From: Opitutales bacterium
Lineage (GTDB): Bacteria; Verrucomicrobiota; Verrucomicrobiia; Opitutales; PNEW01
Length of the DNA stretch: 64,000 bases
Reading direction: 5' to 3'
Assembly (NCBI GenBank): GCA_965197745.1
Contig: CBDANS010000006.1
Span: 1,440,001-1,504,000 of the forward strand
Position 1 is the stretch's first letter. Every line of letters starts with the position of its first letter. Positions 20,049 to 29,175 of this stretch are shown here, piece after piece. The notes under the pieces are model-generated. The model made no database searches. It saw nothing but the letters and a program-made list of their open reading frames with translations, and was not told where the DNA came from. A program made the position numbers and the translations under genes.

Positions 20049-20822
20049 TTAAACCCGTGTCGAGTCGTCAATAGGCTCGTAGCCAATCAACTCTCGGGCG
20101 TGTTCAATATCCCAGCGCATGCCGGTGTTGTTTGACATGCCGTTGATGACCGCAAACTTGATCGCCGGATCAGCATTGATGCAACGTTCCATAAGCTGAC
20201 AAAGGTCGGGATTTGAAAGCCACATAAGGTGAAACCACGATTCGCGATCCGGGGGTAAGTCGTTTAATCGATTTTCACCTCTCTGGACCCAGCCAATACG
20301 AACGGCGATGAACGAGAACCCATGGGCATCGGAAAAACATTTACCCATACGTTCGCCCATTAACTTGGCCGAACCGTAGGGTGTGCTGTCGTAAGACTGT
20401 TCGTTGTTGACGTAATGTGTTCCCGGTAGCGGTGGAATGTCAGTGGTAATTTTATTTGGTGTGGGAACGTCTTTATAGCCGCCCATGGCGTGATTGGAAC
20501 TGGCGTAGATGACACGCTTAACACCACCCTTTGCCGCTGCCGATAAAAGATTGACTACCGCATCGATATTCGAACCTACGACACTCGCCCAACTTTGATG
20601 GGCCGTGGGGTTGGCAGCCATATGCACGACGGTATCGACATCCTGGAAGTGTTTAGACCAGGATTCGTTCCATTCGCTCATATCTGCCTGTTTGATCTCA
20701 TTATCCCCACGAGGGTCAATATCGAGGAGGCGCAAATTATAGCGACCCTGCAAATGCTGCCTCAGCTTGTTCCCGATATTGCCCGCTGCACCGGTGATGA
20801 GTACTGTCTTCGTGGTGCTCAT
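20049..20822 (-). CDS. NAD-dependent epimerase/dehydratase (uronate dehydrogenase-like SDR)
   Basis: TGAAGNIG, YASSNHA, YGSAK, VRIGW. Confidence 0.85.
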   Translation of the reverse strand: MSTTKTVLITGAAGNIGNKLRQHLQGRYNLRLLDIDPRGDNEIKQADMSEWNESWSKHFQDVDTVVHMAANPTAHQSWASVVGSNIDAVVNLLSAAAKGGVKRVIYASSNHAMGGYKDVPTPNKITTDIPPLPGTHYVNNEQSYDSTPYGSAKLMGERMGKCFSDAHGFSFIAVRIGWVQRGENRLNDLPPDRESWFHLMWLSNPDLCQLMERCINADPAIKFAVINGMSNNTGMRWDIEHARELIGYEPIDDSTRV

Positions 20823-20835
20823 TTATGTGATAGGT

Positions 20836-20956
20836 GGGTTCAGGGTTCAGGGTTCAGGTTCAGGGTTCAGGGTTCAGGGTTCAGGGTTCAGGGTTCAGGG
20901 TTCAGGGTTCAGGGTTCAGGGTTCAGGGTTCAGGGTTCAGGGTTCAGGGTTCAGGG
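20836..20956. repeat. (CAGGGTT)n heptamer tandem repeat, about 16 units
   Basis: 13 perfect units at 20861-20951, preceded by two perfect units and one 6-nt variant. Reverse complement of the 1384-1502 array. Confidence 0.97.
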
Positions 20957-21113
20957 ATTTTTTTTCTAACACTTAAAACTTAACACCGCCACTGCATTTT
21001 CACCGTTCACTGTTTACTGTTCACATCTTTCCCGACACCAGACGCCTTCTCCCTACTCTTCACTTCTTTCCCGAACCCTAATTCTTCTCCCCACTGTTCA
21101 CTGGACAACCGGC

Positions 21114-23438
21114 TTACACTTTAACACCACTGCCTACGGTTGCAGGGGCGGGGTCTTCAACAGGTTGCTGCAATGCCGCGATTATGCAATCCGGGCTCAT
21201 GGGCAAAGCATACAATCGTTTGCCTATGGCATGGTAAATAGCATTTGCGATGGCTGCCAAGGGGGGGACAATGGGTACTTCACCGACACCACGAATTCCG
21301 TGCGGGCTATTCGGATTGGGGACTTCTACTAAAATAGTTTCGATCATGGGAAGGTCCAGTGCGGTCGGCATGCGATAATCGAGAAAACTGGTGTTAGCAA
21401 TGGAACACGCATCATTGTAGAAGAAACCCTCATTGAGAGCCCAACCGATACCCTGAACGACACCACCTTGAATCTGTCCTTCCACATAGCTGGGATGAAT
21501 GGCGGTGCCGGCATCCTGGACTGCAGTGTAGCGCAGGATTTCAACCTTTCCGGTTTCCGGATCGACTTCGACATCGACGATATGGGTTGCATAAGCGTTG
21601 CCCGGGCCGCTCGCATTAATGGTCCCACTCCCGGTAATCGGCCCTCCGGTACTACCCTGTTCAGCAGCAACTTCTTTAAAGGTAAGATGTTTGCTCGAGT
21701 CCGAATTGCAAATGAAGTTACCATCCTTAAATTCCACATCATCTTTCTCTACCTCAAGTTGATCAGCGGCGCGTCGACACATCTCCTTTATAACATCCTG
21801 GGCCGCGAGGTGACAGGCATGTCCGGTAGCATAGGTGACGCGGCTGCCACCGGTGCCATCAGTATAAGCTATGGAATCGGTATCGGCGACCATGGGGTTG
21901 ACATCTTCAACTTTCAAACCCAGTTCTTCAGCGACGATCATGGCCATGGAGGCACGCGTTCCCCCAATATCGACTGAACCTTCGAGAAGATTTACGGTCC
22001 CGTTGGTGCTTACATTAATCACGGCAGCAGACTGACCGCCGCCATTAATCCAAAAACCTGAAGCCACACCGCGTCCACGATACGGACCTTCCAGTTTACT
22101 TTTATAGTGGTCCGATTGGAAGGCTGCATCAACCGTTTCTTCACACCCAATTTTCCCAAAGACCACCCCATCTACCCGGCGGTCCCCCTCTTTTGCTGCG
22201 TTCATGCGACGGAATTCCAGGGGATCAAGATTTAGTTTTTCCGCGATTTCATCGAGAACCGTTTCCGAGGCAAAAGCGGCATTGGGTGCACCCGGTGCTC
22301 GGTATGCTTGTGATTTCGGTTTATTATTCACTACGTCGTAGGCGTCGATATGGGTATTTTCGATATTGTAGGGAGAGAAAATACACATGACTCCAGCGCC
22401 CACCGCCGATCCGGGGTAGGCACCCGCTTCAAAAGCCAGGTAAGCCTCTGCTGCAGTAATCTTACCCTCCTTGGTGGCCCCCATTTTCACGCGGATATAA
22501 GATCCGGGTGCCGGTCCTGAACCTTCGAAAACTTCAGTGCGCGACATCACCATTTTAACGGGATGGCCTGTCTTGTGGGACATAACTGCAGCAGCAGGTT
22601 CCATATAAATGGGGAATTTACCGCCAAAGCCGCCACCGATCTCACAGGGAATAACCTTTATTTTAGAGATCGGGACCTGCAATACATCAGCCAGCTGGGC
22701 ACGAATTTGAAATGGCCCCTGGGTGCTCACCCAGACAGTTACACTCCCATCCTTTTTCCAATGGACGGTCGTATTATGAGGCTCAATATAACCTTGATGA
22801 ACGGTTGCGGTATTATACTCGCGCTCAATGACGATGTCGGCTTCAGAATACCCCTTCTCTATATCTCCCAGTTTAAACTGGTTATGCGTGGCGATATTGC
22901 TGTGAATGCCTGTGTCTTCACCCAGAGCTTGCATCGTTCTCTTTTCGTCCAGCAGGGGGGCGCCCTCTTTCATCGCTTCGCGCACATCTATCACTGCGGG
23001 TAGCGGTTCGTATTCGACTTCAATCAGGTCCAGGGCTTCTTCCGCAATATGCGGACTGGTGGCGGCTACGGCCGCAACAGCATGTCCCGTGTAAAGAACT
23101 TTATCTGAAGCCAGGGAATTGCTGGCGATTTCTCGGATGTCCACGACTGTTTCGCCGATACTGGAGACTTTGCTCACGGTCTCTACGAGGTCATCGGCAG
23201 TAGCCACGGCACGCACTCCCGGCAGTTTCATGGCTTTACTCGTATCAATTGATAATATACGCGCGTGAGCGTGAGGGCTTCGTTTTACCTTTCCATAAAG
23301 CAGGTCCGGGATACGCACATCCGCTCCGTAGATGGCCCGGCCCGTCACTTTATCCCAACCATCGTGTCGGATTGGACGAGAACCAATTACATTGTATTTT
23401 CCATTACTTTTTCCGTTACCCGAAAAATCCTGTGTCAT
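21114..23438 (-). CDS. Xanthine dehydrogenase/CoxL-family molybdopterin-binding large subunit
   Basis: DKVTGRAIY, GGGFGGK, AYRAPG, GGSRVT, EGQIQGG, RGVGE. Confidence 0.92.
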   Translation of the reverse strand: MTQDFSGNGKSNGKYNVIGSRPIRHDGWDKVTGRAIYGADVRIPDLLYGKVKRSPHAHARILSIDTSKAMKLPGVRAVATADDLVETVSKVSSIGETVVDIREIASNSLASDKVLYTGHAVAAVAATSPHIAEEALDLIEVEYEPLPAVIDVREAMKEGAPLLDEKRTMQALGEDTGIHSNIATHNQFKLGDIEKGYSEADIVIEREYNTATVHQGYIEPHNTTVHWKKDGSVTVWVSTQGPFQIRAQLADVLQVPISKIKVIPCEIGGGFGGKFPIYMEPAAAVMSHKTGHPVKMVMSRTEVFEGSGPAPGSYIRVKMGATKEGKITAAEAYLAFEAGAYPGSAVGAGVMCIFSPYNIENTHIDAYDVVNNKPKSQAYRAPGAPNAAFASETVLDEIAEKLNLDPLEFRRMNAAKEGDRRVDGVVFGKIGCEETVDAAFQSDHYKSKLEGPYRGRGVASGFWINGGGQSAAVINVSTNGTVNLLEGSVDIGGTRASMAMIVAEELGLKVEDVNPMVADTDSIAYTDGTGGSRVTYATGHACHLAAQDVIKEMCRRAADQLEVEKDDVEFKDGNFICNSDSSKHLTFKEVAAEQGSTGGPITGSGTINASGPGNAYATHIVDVEVDPETGKVEILRYTAVQDAGTAIHPSYVEGQIQGGVVQGIGWALNEGFFYNDACSIANTSFLDYRMPTALDLPMIETILVEVPNPNSPHGIRGVGEVPIVPPLAAIANAIYHAIGKRLYALPMSPDCIIAALQQPVEDPAPATVGSGVKV

Positions 23439-23612
23439 TTCTATTTTCTCCTTTATACGGCGTTATATCTAAAATGAGTGCTATATATCTATATTTTCAT
23501 TCTTATATATAAGGAAGAGTGTAATTACCATCTTATTTCCCCGTTGCTGGCAAGTCTGGGATACTCCAAATTTAATCAGGGTTTTTTTCATCCGAGAAGT
23601 GATTCAAGAGTA

Positions 23613-24158
23613 TTAATGGGTCATTCCTTCCACATGGATGGTAACTGTTAATTCAGGATCAACTTTCAGGACTAAAACTTTAACGATCGGCAAGTCCCAA
23701 TCAAGGTGGTCAATTATCGTGCTCCCATCAATTGTCCATTGGGGCCCCTCAGTATGAACATTAATGGGAAAAGATATATCTTTTTCTATGCCATGAAGCG
23801 TTAACTTGCCTTCCGCAATGATTTTTTCTCCCAGTTCGTGGATTTTTGCTAAAACGAAAGTAGCGGTTGGAAATTTATGGTGCTCCTCCCATTTGAGCAT
23901 AGCCTTGTCCCGGGCTTTCTTGCCTGTTTTAAGATCCTCAAAGTCGAAACTGAATTCCGTGTTTAGAATTTTTGCACTTTCAGTGTCGACCATGATTTTT
24001 AAATCATAATTTTCTAAACTGGCTACAAATGAATGAGCGGTAACATTAACTGCGACTTCCACCTTAGAATTCGCTTTTTCAATTTGCAACAGTTGCTCTT
24101 CGCCATAAAGCGAGAACACGGTGGTAAAAAGAGTAATGATACCTATTAACTTTTTCAT
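23613..24158 (-). CDS. YceI-family exported lipid/polyisoprenoid-binding protein
   Basis: Signal peptide; LKTGKKARD, FPTATF, GKLTLHGIEKDI. Confidence 0.85.
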   Translation of the reverse strand: MKKLIGIITLFTTVFSLYGEEQLLQIEKANSKVEVAVNVTAHSFVASLENYDLKIMVDTESAKILNTEFSFDFEDLKTGKKARDKAMLKWEEHHKFPTATFVLAKIHELGEKIIAEGKLTLHGIEKDISFPINVHTEGPQWTIDGSTIIDHLDWDLPIVKVLVLKVDPELTVTIHVEGMTH

Positions 24159-24336
24159 AAGTATTATCGTAAATCAGTTCAACTAATTGCTAATAATACA
24201 GCACTTGCTGGCTAATTGACGAAATTGGCGTAAAATTCATTATTATCTTAATAGCTTTAAATAGAAATTCATTGACCCAATCTAATCGATTCCTGTCTAA
24301 TCGCTAGCTCAATTTCGCATTTCAAAAACATGATAC

Positions 24337-26010
24337 ATGTCTAATAATCTGAGTGCATTATCTTTTCGGAAGGGACTGGAAAAGAATCTTTTCGAGAAAA
24401 TGGTTGAGTCCTCCGAAAAAACCGGAACGGCGGTCTCCGACAATCTCAAAGATCTTGCTGATGAGTATTTGATGGGTGATGCGATAATGCTGGGCTCGGT
24501 CTCCTTTTACGATTTCCTGAAAAAGGAAAACGCGGGAAAAAAAGCATTCGTTTGTAATGGAACCGCCTGTATGACCGCGGGGACCCAGGATCAATTGACG
24601 GAGGATTTGAAGAAACATTTTAAGGAGGACGAAGTCGGTGAAATCTGTTGCTTGGGCCGTTGTCATGAAAATCGATCTTTTCAATACAAAGGAGTAAATT
24701 ATTCCGGTAAAAGTGATGCGGATATAGACCGTATCATTGATGGAAACAAGGTGCCGTCACCGGACGAGTATCATGTGGGGTCCCGATTCGATACCCCCCT
24801 ATTGCTGGCCGCATTTCCGGGGGTGGATGAATATTACAACCTGTTTAAAAAATTATTGGAGCGCGACCCCGTGTCACTTCTCGATGAGTTGAAAACTTCC
24901 AAGTTGCGGGGACGAGGGGGCGCAGGTTTCCCCGCGGGGATTAAATGGGATTCCTGTCGCCAGGCGAAAGGAGAACCGAAGTATATTGTTTGCAACGCTG
25001 ACGAAGGTGATCCCGGTGCTTACATCGATCGGTATCTCATGGAAAAACAACCGCATTCAGTTTTATTTGGGATGATAGTGGCAGGTTATCTCGCAGGATC
25101 CAATGTCGGCATTCTTTACATAAGAGCGGAATACCCGGATTCAATTTCAATTATTGAGCAGTCTATAAAAGAACTGCAGGATAAAGCTTTGGTCGGAGAG
25201 AAAATATTAGGCAGTGATTTCTCGTTCCGCTTTAAGATAATAAAAGGCGCGGGCGCTTATATCTGTGGCGAAGAAACCGCGCTCCTTGCTTCCATTGAAG
25301 GGCGACGACCGGAAGTGGGAGTTCGCCCTCCATTTCCCACGGAACAAGGTCTTTTTGGAAAACCAACGATCGTCAATAATGTAGAAACCTTTTCCTGCAT
25401 CCACTCTGTGTTTGCTCTCGGCGGTGAAGCTTTTTCGAAAATTGGAACGGAAGCATCGACCGGCCCCAAGCTCGTGTCGCTCGATGGTAAATTTAAAAAG
25501 CCCGGCCTCTACGAAGTGGAAATGGGAACACCATTTACGGTTGTTATTGATGAGATGGGCGGCGGTTTTCGTGTTCCGGTCAAAGCGGTTCAGGTAGGTG
25601 GCCCATTAGGGGGTATCGTTCCGGTTGAAAATTTTCAAGACCTCACCCTTGATTTTGAATCCTTTAAAGACAACGGATTTTTATTAGGTCATGGCAGTAT
25701 CGTTTGCATTCCCGAGTCATTTCCCATGCTTCAATTTATCGAACACCTCTTTGAATTTACCGCGGCCGAATCTTGCGGAAAATGTTTTCCTTGTCGTTTA
25801 GGCTCAGTTAGAGGGCAGGAAATGGCGGAAAAGGCGCGTAAAGAGGATTATAAAATTGACCCGGAACTGATAATGGATTTATTGGATACGATGGAGCTAA
25901 CTTCACTGTGTGCTCTGGGTGGAGGTGTTCCCCTGCCGATAAAAAACGCGCTTCACTATTTTGAAAAAGAGTTAAGGCCCCATTTAAAAACCCAAACAGT
26001 GGTGTCATGA
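24337..26010 (+). CDS. NAD-linked formate dehydrogenase diaphorase subunit (NuoE-like + NuoF-like fusion)
   Basis: CNGTAC/CLGRC 2Fe-2S ligands; LRGRGGAGFP, NADEGDPG, GAYICGEETAL, ESCGKCFPCR, SLCALG. Confidence 0.9.
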   Translation: MSNNLSALSFRKGLEKNLFEKMVESSEKTGTAVSDNLKDLADEYLMGDAIMLGSVSFYDFLKKENAGKKAFVCNGTACMTAGTQDQLTEDLKKHFKEDEVGEICCLGRCHENRSFQYKGVNYSGKSDADIDRIIDGNKVPSPDEYHVGSRFDTPLLLAAFPGVDEYYNLFKKLLERDPVSLLDELKTSKLRGRGGAGFPAGIKWDSCRQAKGEPKYIVCNADEGDPGAYIDRYLMEKQPHSVLFGMIVAGYLAGSNVGILYIRAEYPDSISIIEQSIKELQDKALVGEKILGSDFSFRFKIIKGAGAYICGEETALLASIEGRRPEVGVRPPFPTEQGLFGKPTIVNNVETFSCIHSVFALGGEAFSKIGTEASTGPKLVSLDGKFKKPGLYEVEMGTPFTVVIDEMGGGFRVPVKAVQVGGPLGGIVPVENFQDLTLDFESFKDNGFLLGHGSIVCIPESFPMLQFIEHLFEFTAAESCGKCFPCRLGSVRGQEMAEKARKEDYKIDPELIMDLLDTMELTSLCALGGGVPLPIKNALHYFEKELRPHLKTQTVVS

Positions 26011-28817
26011 TCAAATCGGTCGAAAAATCTCAAATGGTATATATCGATGACCAGCCTCATGAAATTGAGGAAGGTGATACAATTTTATCACTCATCGATC
26101 GCCATAACGGGCGGGGGTTTGTCCCAACCCTTTGTGATGCTCCTCAATTAGAACCCTATGGCGCCTGCCGCGTATGTTCTGTAGAAATCGCACAATCGGC
26201 CGATGGGCCAAGGCGTGTCGTTGCAGCCTGTCATACCCCGTTAACGGCAGGTCTTCATATTTTCCCGGAAACAAAAAATATTCAAAGATTACGAAGGAAC
26301 ATCATTGAACTGGTTCTCACCGATCACCCCCTGGATTGCCTGACATGTGAGGTAAACGGCAATTGTGAACTACAGACAGTTGCCGCTAAAGTGGGCGTTC
26401 GCGATGTGCGCTATCCGGAGGGTAAAAACCATCTGGACCGGAAGAAAGATTTAAGTCATCCCTACATGACTTCGGACCTCTCCAAATGTATTAATTGCAA
26501 TCGCTGTGTTCGAGCGTGTGATGAAGTTCAAGGCCAGTTCGTGCTCAGTATGCATGGCCGCGGTTTTGATAGCAGAATCATCAAAGGATTGGATTCTACA
26601 TTTGAAGACTCGGACTGCGTATCGTGTGGGGCCTGCGCCCAAGCCTGTCCCACTTCGGCCATCTCCGATGTTTTTCAGTCCAAATCGATTGAAGCATCAG
26701 CGAAAACGCGAACAGTCTGCACCTATTGCGGGGTGGGGTGCAACCTGGATGTAGCAGTCAAAAATAACGAAGTTCATTCCATCCAGGCTCCGATTGACGC
26801 GGAAGTTAATCATGCGCACACATGCTTGAAAGGAAGATATGCGTTTAAATTTTATAATCATCCGGACCGTTTGAGAAATCCCCTCATAAAGCGCGATGGT
26901 AAATTTGAAGAAGCGTCGTGGGATGAAGCTTATGATACAATTGTTAATCGTTTCAAAGAAATTCGAGCCCGTTCGGGACCGGATGCGATAGCCGGCATTT
27001 CATCGGCGCGTTGCACAAATGAAGAAAACTACCTGATGCAGAAATTTATTCGTGCGGTGATTGGCACGAATAATATCGATTGCTGCGCCCGTGTCTGCCA
27101 CGCCCCGACAGCCTGGGGGATGCAACAGAGTTTTGGTACCGGGGCGGCGACAAACTCGACTAATGATTTAGAGAAAACAGATTTAATTCTCCTCATTGGA
27201 GCCAACCCCACGCAGGGCCACCCCGTCACGGGCGCGAGAATTAAACAAAGGGTGATGAAGGGAGTTCCGATGATTGTCATCGATCCGCGTAAGATCGAAC
27301 TGGTTCCCTATGCTAAGTACCACCTGCAACTGCGCCCGGGTACAAACATTGCCATGCTCAATATGTTTGCTTACTTCATTATCGAAACGGGCAACGTTGA
27401 TGAAGAATTTGTCAAAGAGCGCTGTGAGGACTTTGAAACATTTCGCGAGAATATAAAAAAGCTCGATATCGACGAAATGGAACGTGTGACCGGAGTCGAT
27501 CGCGAGCTCGTAAAGAAAGCGGCCATCGCCTATGCTTCAACCCCACGTGCCATGAGTTTTCACGGGCTGGGTGTCACCGAGCATTCCCAGGGAAGTAAAA
27601 CTGTAATGCTCATTTCAAACATCGCGATGATGACCGGCAATATCGGACGTGAAGGAGTAGGGGTCAATCCCCTGCGGGGTCAGAATAATGTCCAGGGTGC
27701 CGCTGATATGGGAGTGCAGCCTCACCAGGGAGCTGGCTACCTCAATGTAACGCTACCGGAAATCCACGAGCAATATGAGAAGGCCTATGGAGCCAATCTT
27801 TCGAACAAGATAGGTTACAAGATTCCCCAGATGTTTGAAGCGGCAGTGGATAAAGATCTAAAAGCGCTCTGGATAATTGGCGAAGATGTCGTTCAGACTG
27901 ATCCCAATTCCGCGGAAGTGCGTAAAGCCATGGAGAGCCTGGAATTTCTCGTCGTCCAGGAAATTTTCATGACAGAAACCGCCCATTATGCGGATGTCAT
28001 ATTACCGGCTACCTCATTTCTTGAAAAAAGCGGAACCTTTACTAATGCCGAGCGCCGTGTTCAGCGCGTCAACCGGGTAGTAGAACCTCTCGAGGGGACC
28101 AGGCCTGACGGTCAGATTGTCGTCGATATTATGAATAGGATGGGCTATGAACAAAAGGGTTACAGTCCTGACATTATTCTCGAAGAAATCGCACAAGTCG
28201 TTCCTTTTTTCAAAGGAATCCGATGGGATGAACTCGGTAAAAACGGCAAGCAGTGGCCGGTTGCTGAAGATGGCACTGACACAAAAATCATGCACCGGGA
28301 CACATTTAAAAGAGGCAAAGGCAAGTTTCACTATTTCGATTGGACTGAGACAAAAGAAATGCAAGACAATCGCAATGAATACCCCTTTATTTTAACTACG
28401 GGTCGGGTTTTGGAACATTACAATTGCGGCACTATGACGAGACGCACGGGCAATAAGGAAATTGTGAGTGAAGATATGCTCGCGATTAATCCGAAAGACG
28501 CGGCAAACAAAGGGATTGAATCTGGAGATAAGGTGCGAATCTTTTCCGCGCGCGGTGAAGTGCAGCTTGACGCCATAGTTTCCGATGAAGTTAAACCGGG
28601 TATCCTTTATACCACATTTCATTTTCCGGAGCACATGGTTAATCAGGTAACGAGTGAGGAAAAAGATGAGGAGAGTCTGTGTCCCGAGTATAAAGTTTCC
28701 GCAGTTGATTTCGAAAAAGTATCACCTTCTGAGAACAAGGTTAAGGAAACTAAAGAATCAGTCAGTTCAGGCAGGAAAAGAAAACCTGTTCCGGTTGCCG
28801 GTGGGGGTTCAAGCTAG
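26007..28817 (+). CDS. fdhF: Formate dehydrogenase alpha subunit (Mo/W-bisPGD, Cys ligand)
   Basis: N-terminal Fe-S modules, CTYCGVGC, CARVCH, PLRGQNNVQG, CPEYK; ATGA overlap with the upstream gene. Confidence 0.92.
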   Translation: MIKSVEKSQMVYIDDQPHEIEEGDTILSLIDRHNGRGFVPTLCDAPQLEPYGACRVCSVEIAQSADGPRRVVAACHTPLTAGLHIFPETKNIQRLRRNIIELVLTDHPLDCLTCEVNGNCELQTVAAKVGVRDVRYPEGKNHLDRKKDLSHPYMTSDLSKCINCNRCVRACDEVQGQFVLSMHGRGFDSRIIKGLDSTFEDSDCVSCGACAQACPTSAISDVFQSKSIEASAKTRTVCTYCGVGCNLDVAVKNNEVHSIQAPIDAEVNHAHTCLKGRYAFKFYNHPDRLRNPLIKRDGKFEEASWDEAYDTIVNRFKEIRARSGPDAIAGISSARCTNEENYLMQKFIRAVIGTNNIDCCARVCHAPTAWGMQQSFGTGAATNSTNDLEKTDLILLIGANPTQGHPVTGARIKQRVMKGVPMIVIDPRKIELVPYAKYHLQLRPGTNIAMLNMFAYFIIETGNVDEEFVKERCEDFETFRENIKKLDIDEMERVTGVDRELVKKAAIAYASTPRAMSFHGLGVTEHSQGSKTVMLISNIAMMTGNIGREGVGVNPLRGQNNVQGAADMGVQPHQGAGYLNVTLPEIHEQYEKAYGANLSNKIGYKIPQMFEAAVDKDLKALWIIGEDVVQTDPNSAEVRKAMESLEFLVVQEIFMTETAHYADVILPATSFLEKSGTFTNAERRVQRVNRVVEPLEGTRPDGQIVVDIMNRMGYEQKGYSPDIILEEIAQVVPFFKGIRWDELGKNGKQWPVAEDGTDTKIMHRDTFKRGKGKFHYFDWTETKEMQDNRNEYPFILTTGRVLEHYNCGTMTRRTGNKEIVSEDMLAINPKDAANKGIESGDKVRIFSARGEVQLDAIVSDEVKPGILYTTFHFPEHMVNQVTSEEKDEESLCPEYKVSAVDFEKVSPSENKVKETKESVSSGRKRKPVPVAGGGSS

Positions 28818-28870
28818 ACCGCGGATTACGCTGATGAGTTAAACCGCGGATTACGCGGATTAAGCGGATT
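28818..28870. repeat. Short CGCGGATTA-type nonamer repeats after fdhF
   Basis: ACCGCGGATTACGCTGAT...ACCGCGGATTACGCGGATTAAGCGGATT. Confidence 0.55.
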
Positions 28871-29175
28871 GTTGCCTTGGTGATATTCATATGTTGATGC
28901 GTTGATGGATGTCGGGCTTCGCTGTCGGTACAGACTTCACCCCAATTATTTCATTACGGCCACGATCTGCCTTCGTCCAGTCCCGCAGTCGCGGGAGGGC
29001 TACGGCATGACAGGCATCGCGTGGCCTCCGGAAATGTGCAATTATCTTCGTCTGCGTCTGCTTCTTCGTCTTGAATTGAATTAAGATAAAGCAGCGTGCT
29101 GGGACAGCCCGCTCCACCTCATAAATATTAACTGAGATAAAAATGTGGAACGCGGACAAGCAGCCCGCTCTAACT

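Noticed and set aside
20595..20976. ORFs encoding (GSGFRVQ)n
   Set aside because: Translations of the heptamer repeat, antisense to the epimerase gene.
21114..23438. Aerobic CO dehydrogenase CoxL
   Set aside because: Lacks the AYxCSFR motif and has no coxM/coxS neighbours.
26007..28817. Selenocysteine formate dehydrogenase
   Set aside because: The active site reads CARVCH with a Cys codon and the ORF is uninterrupted.
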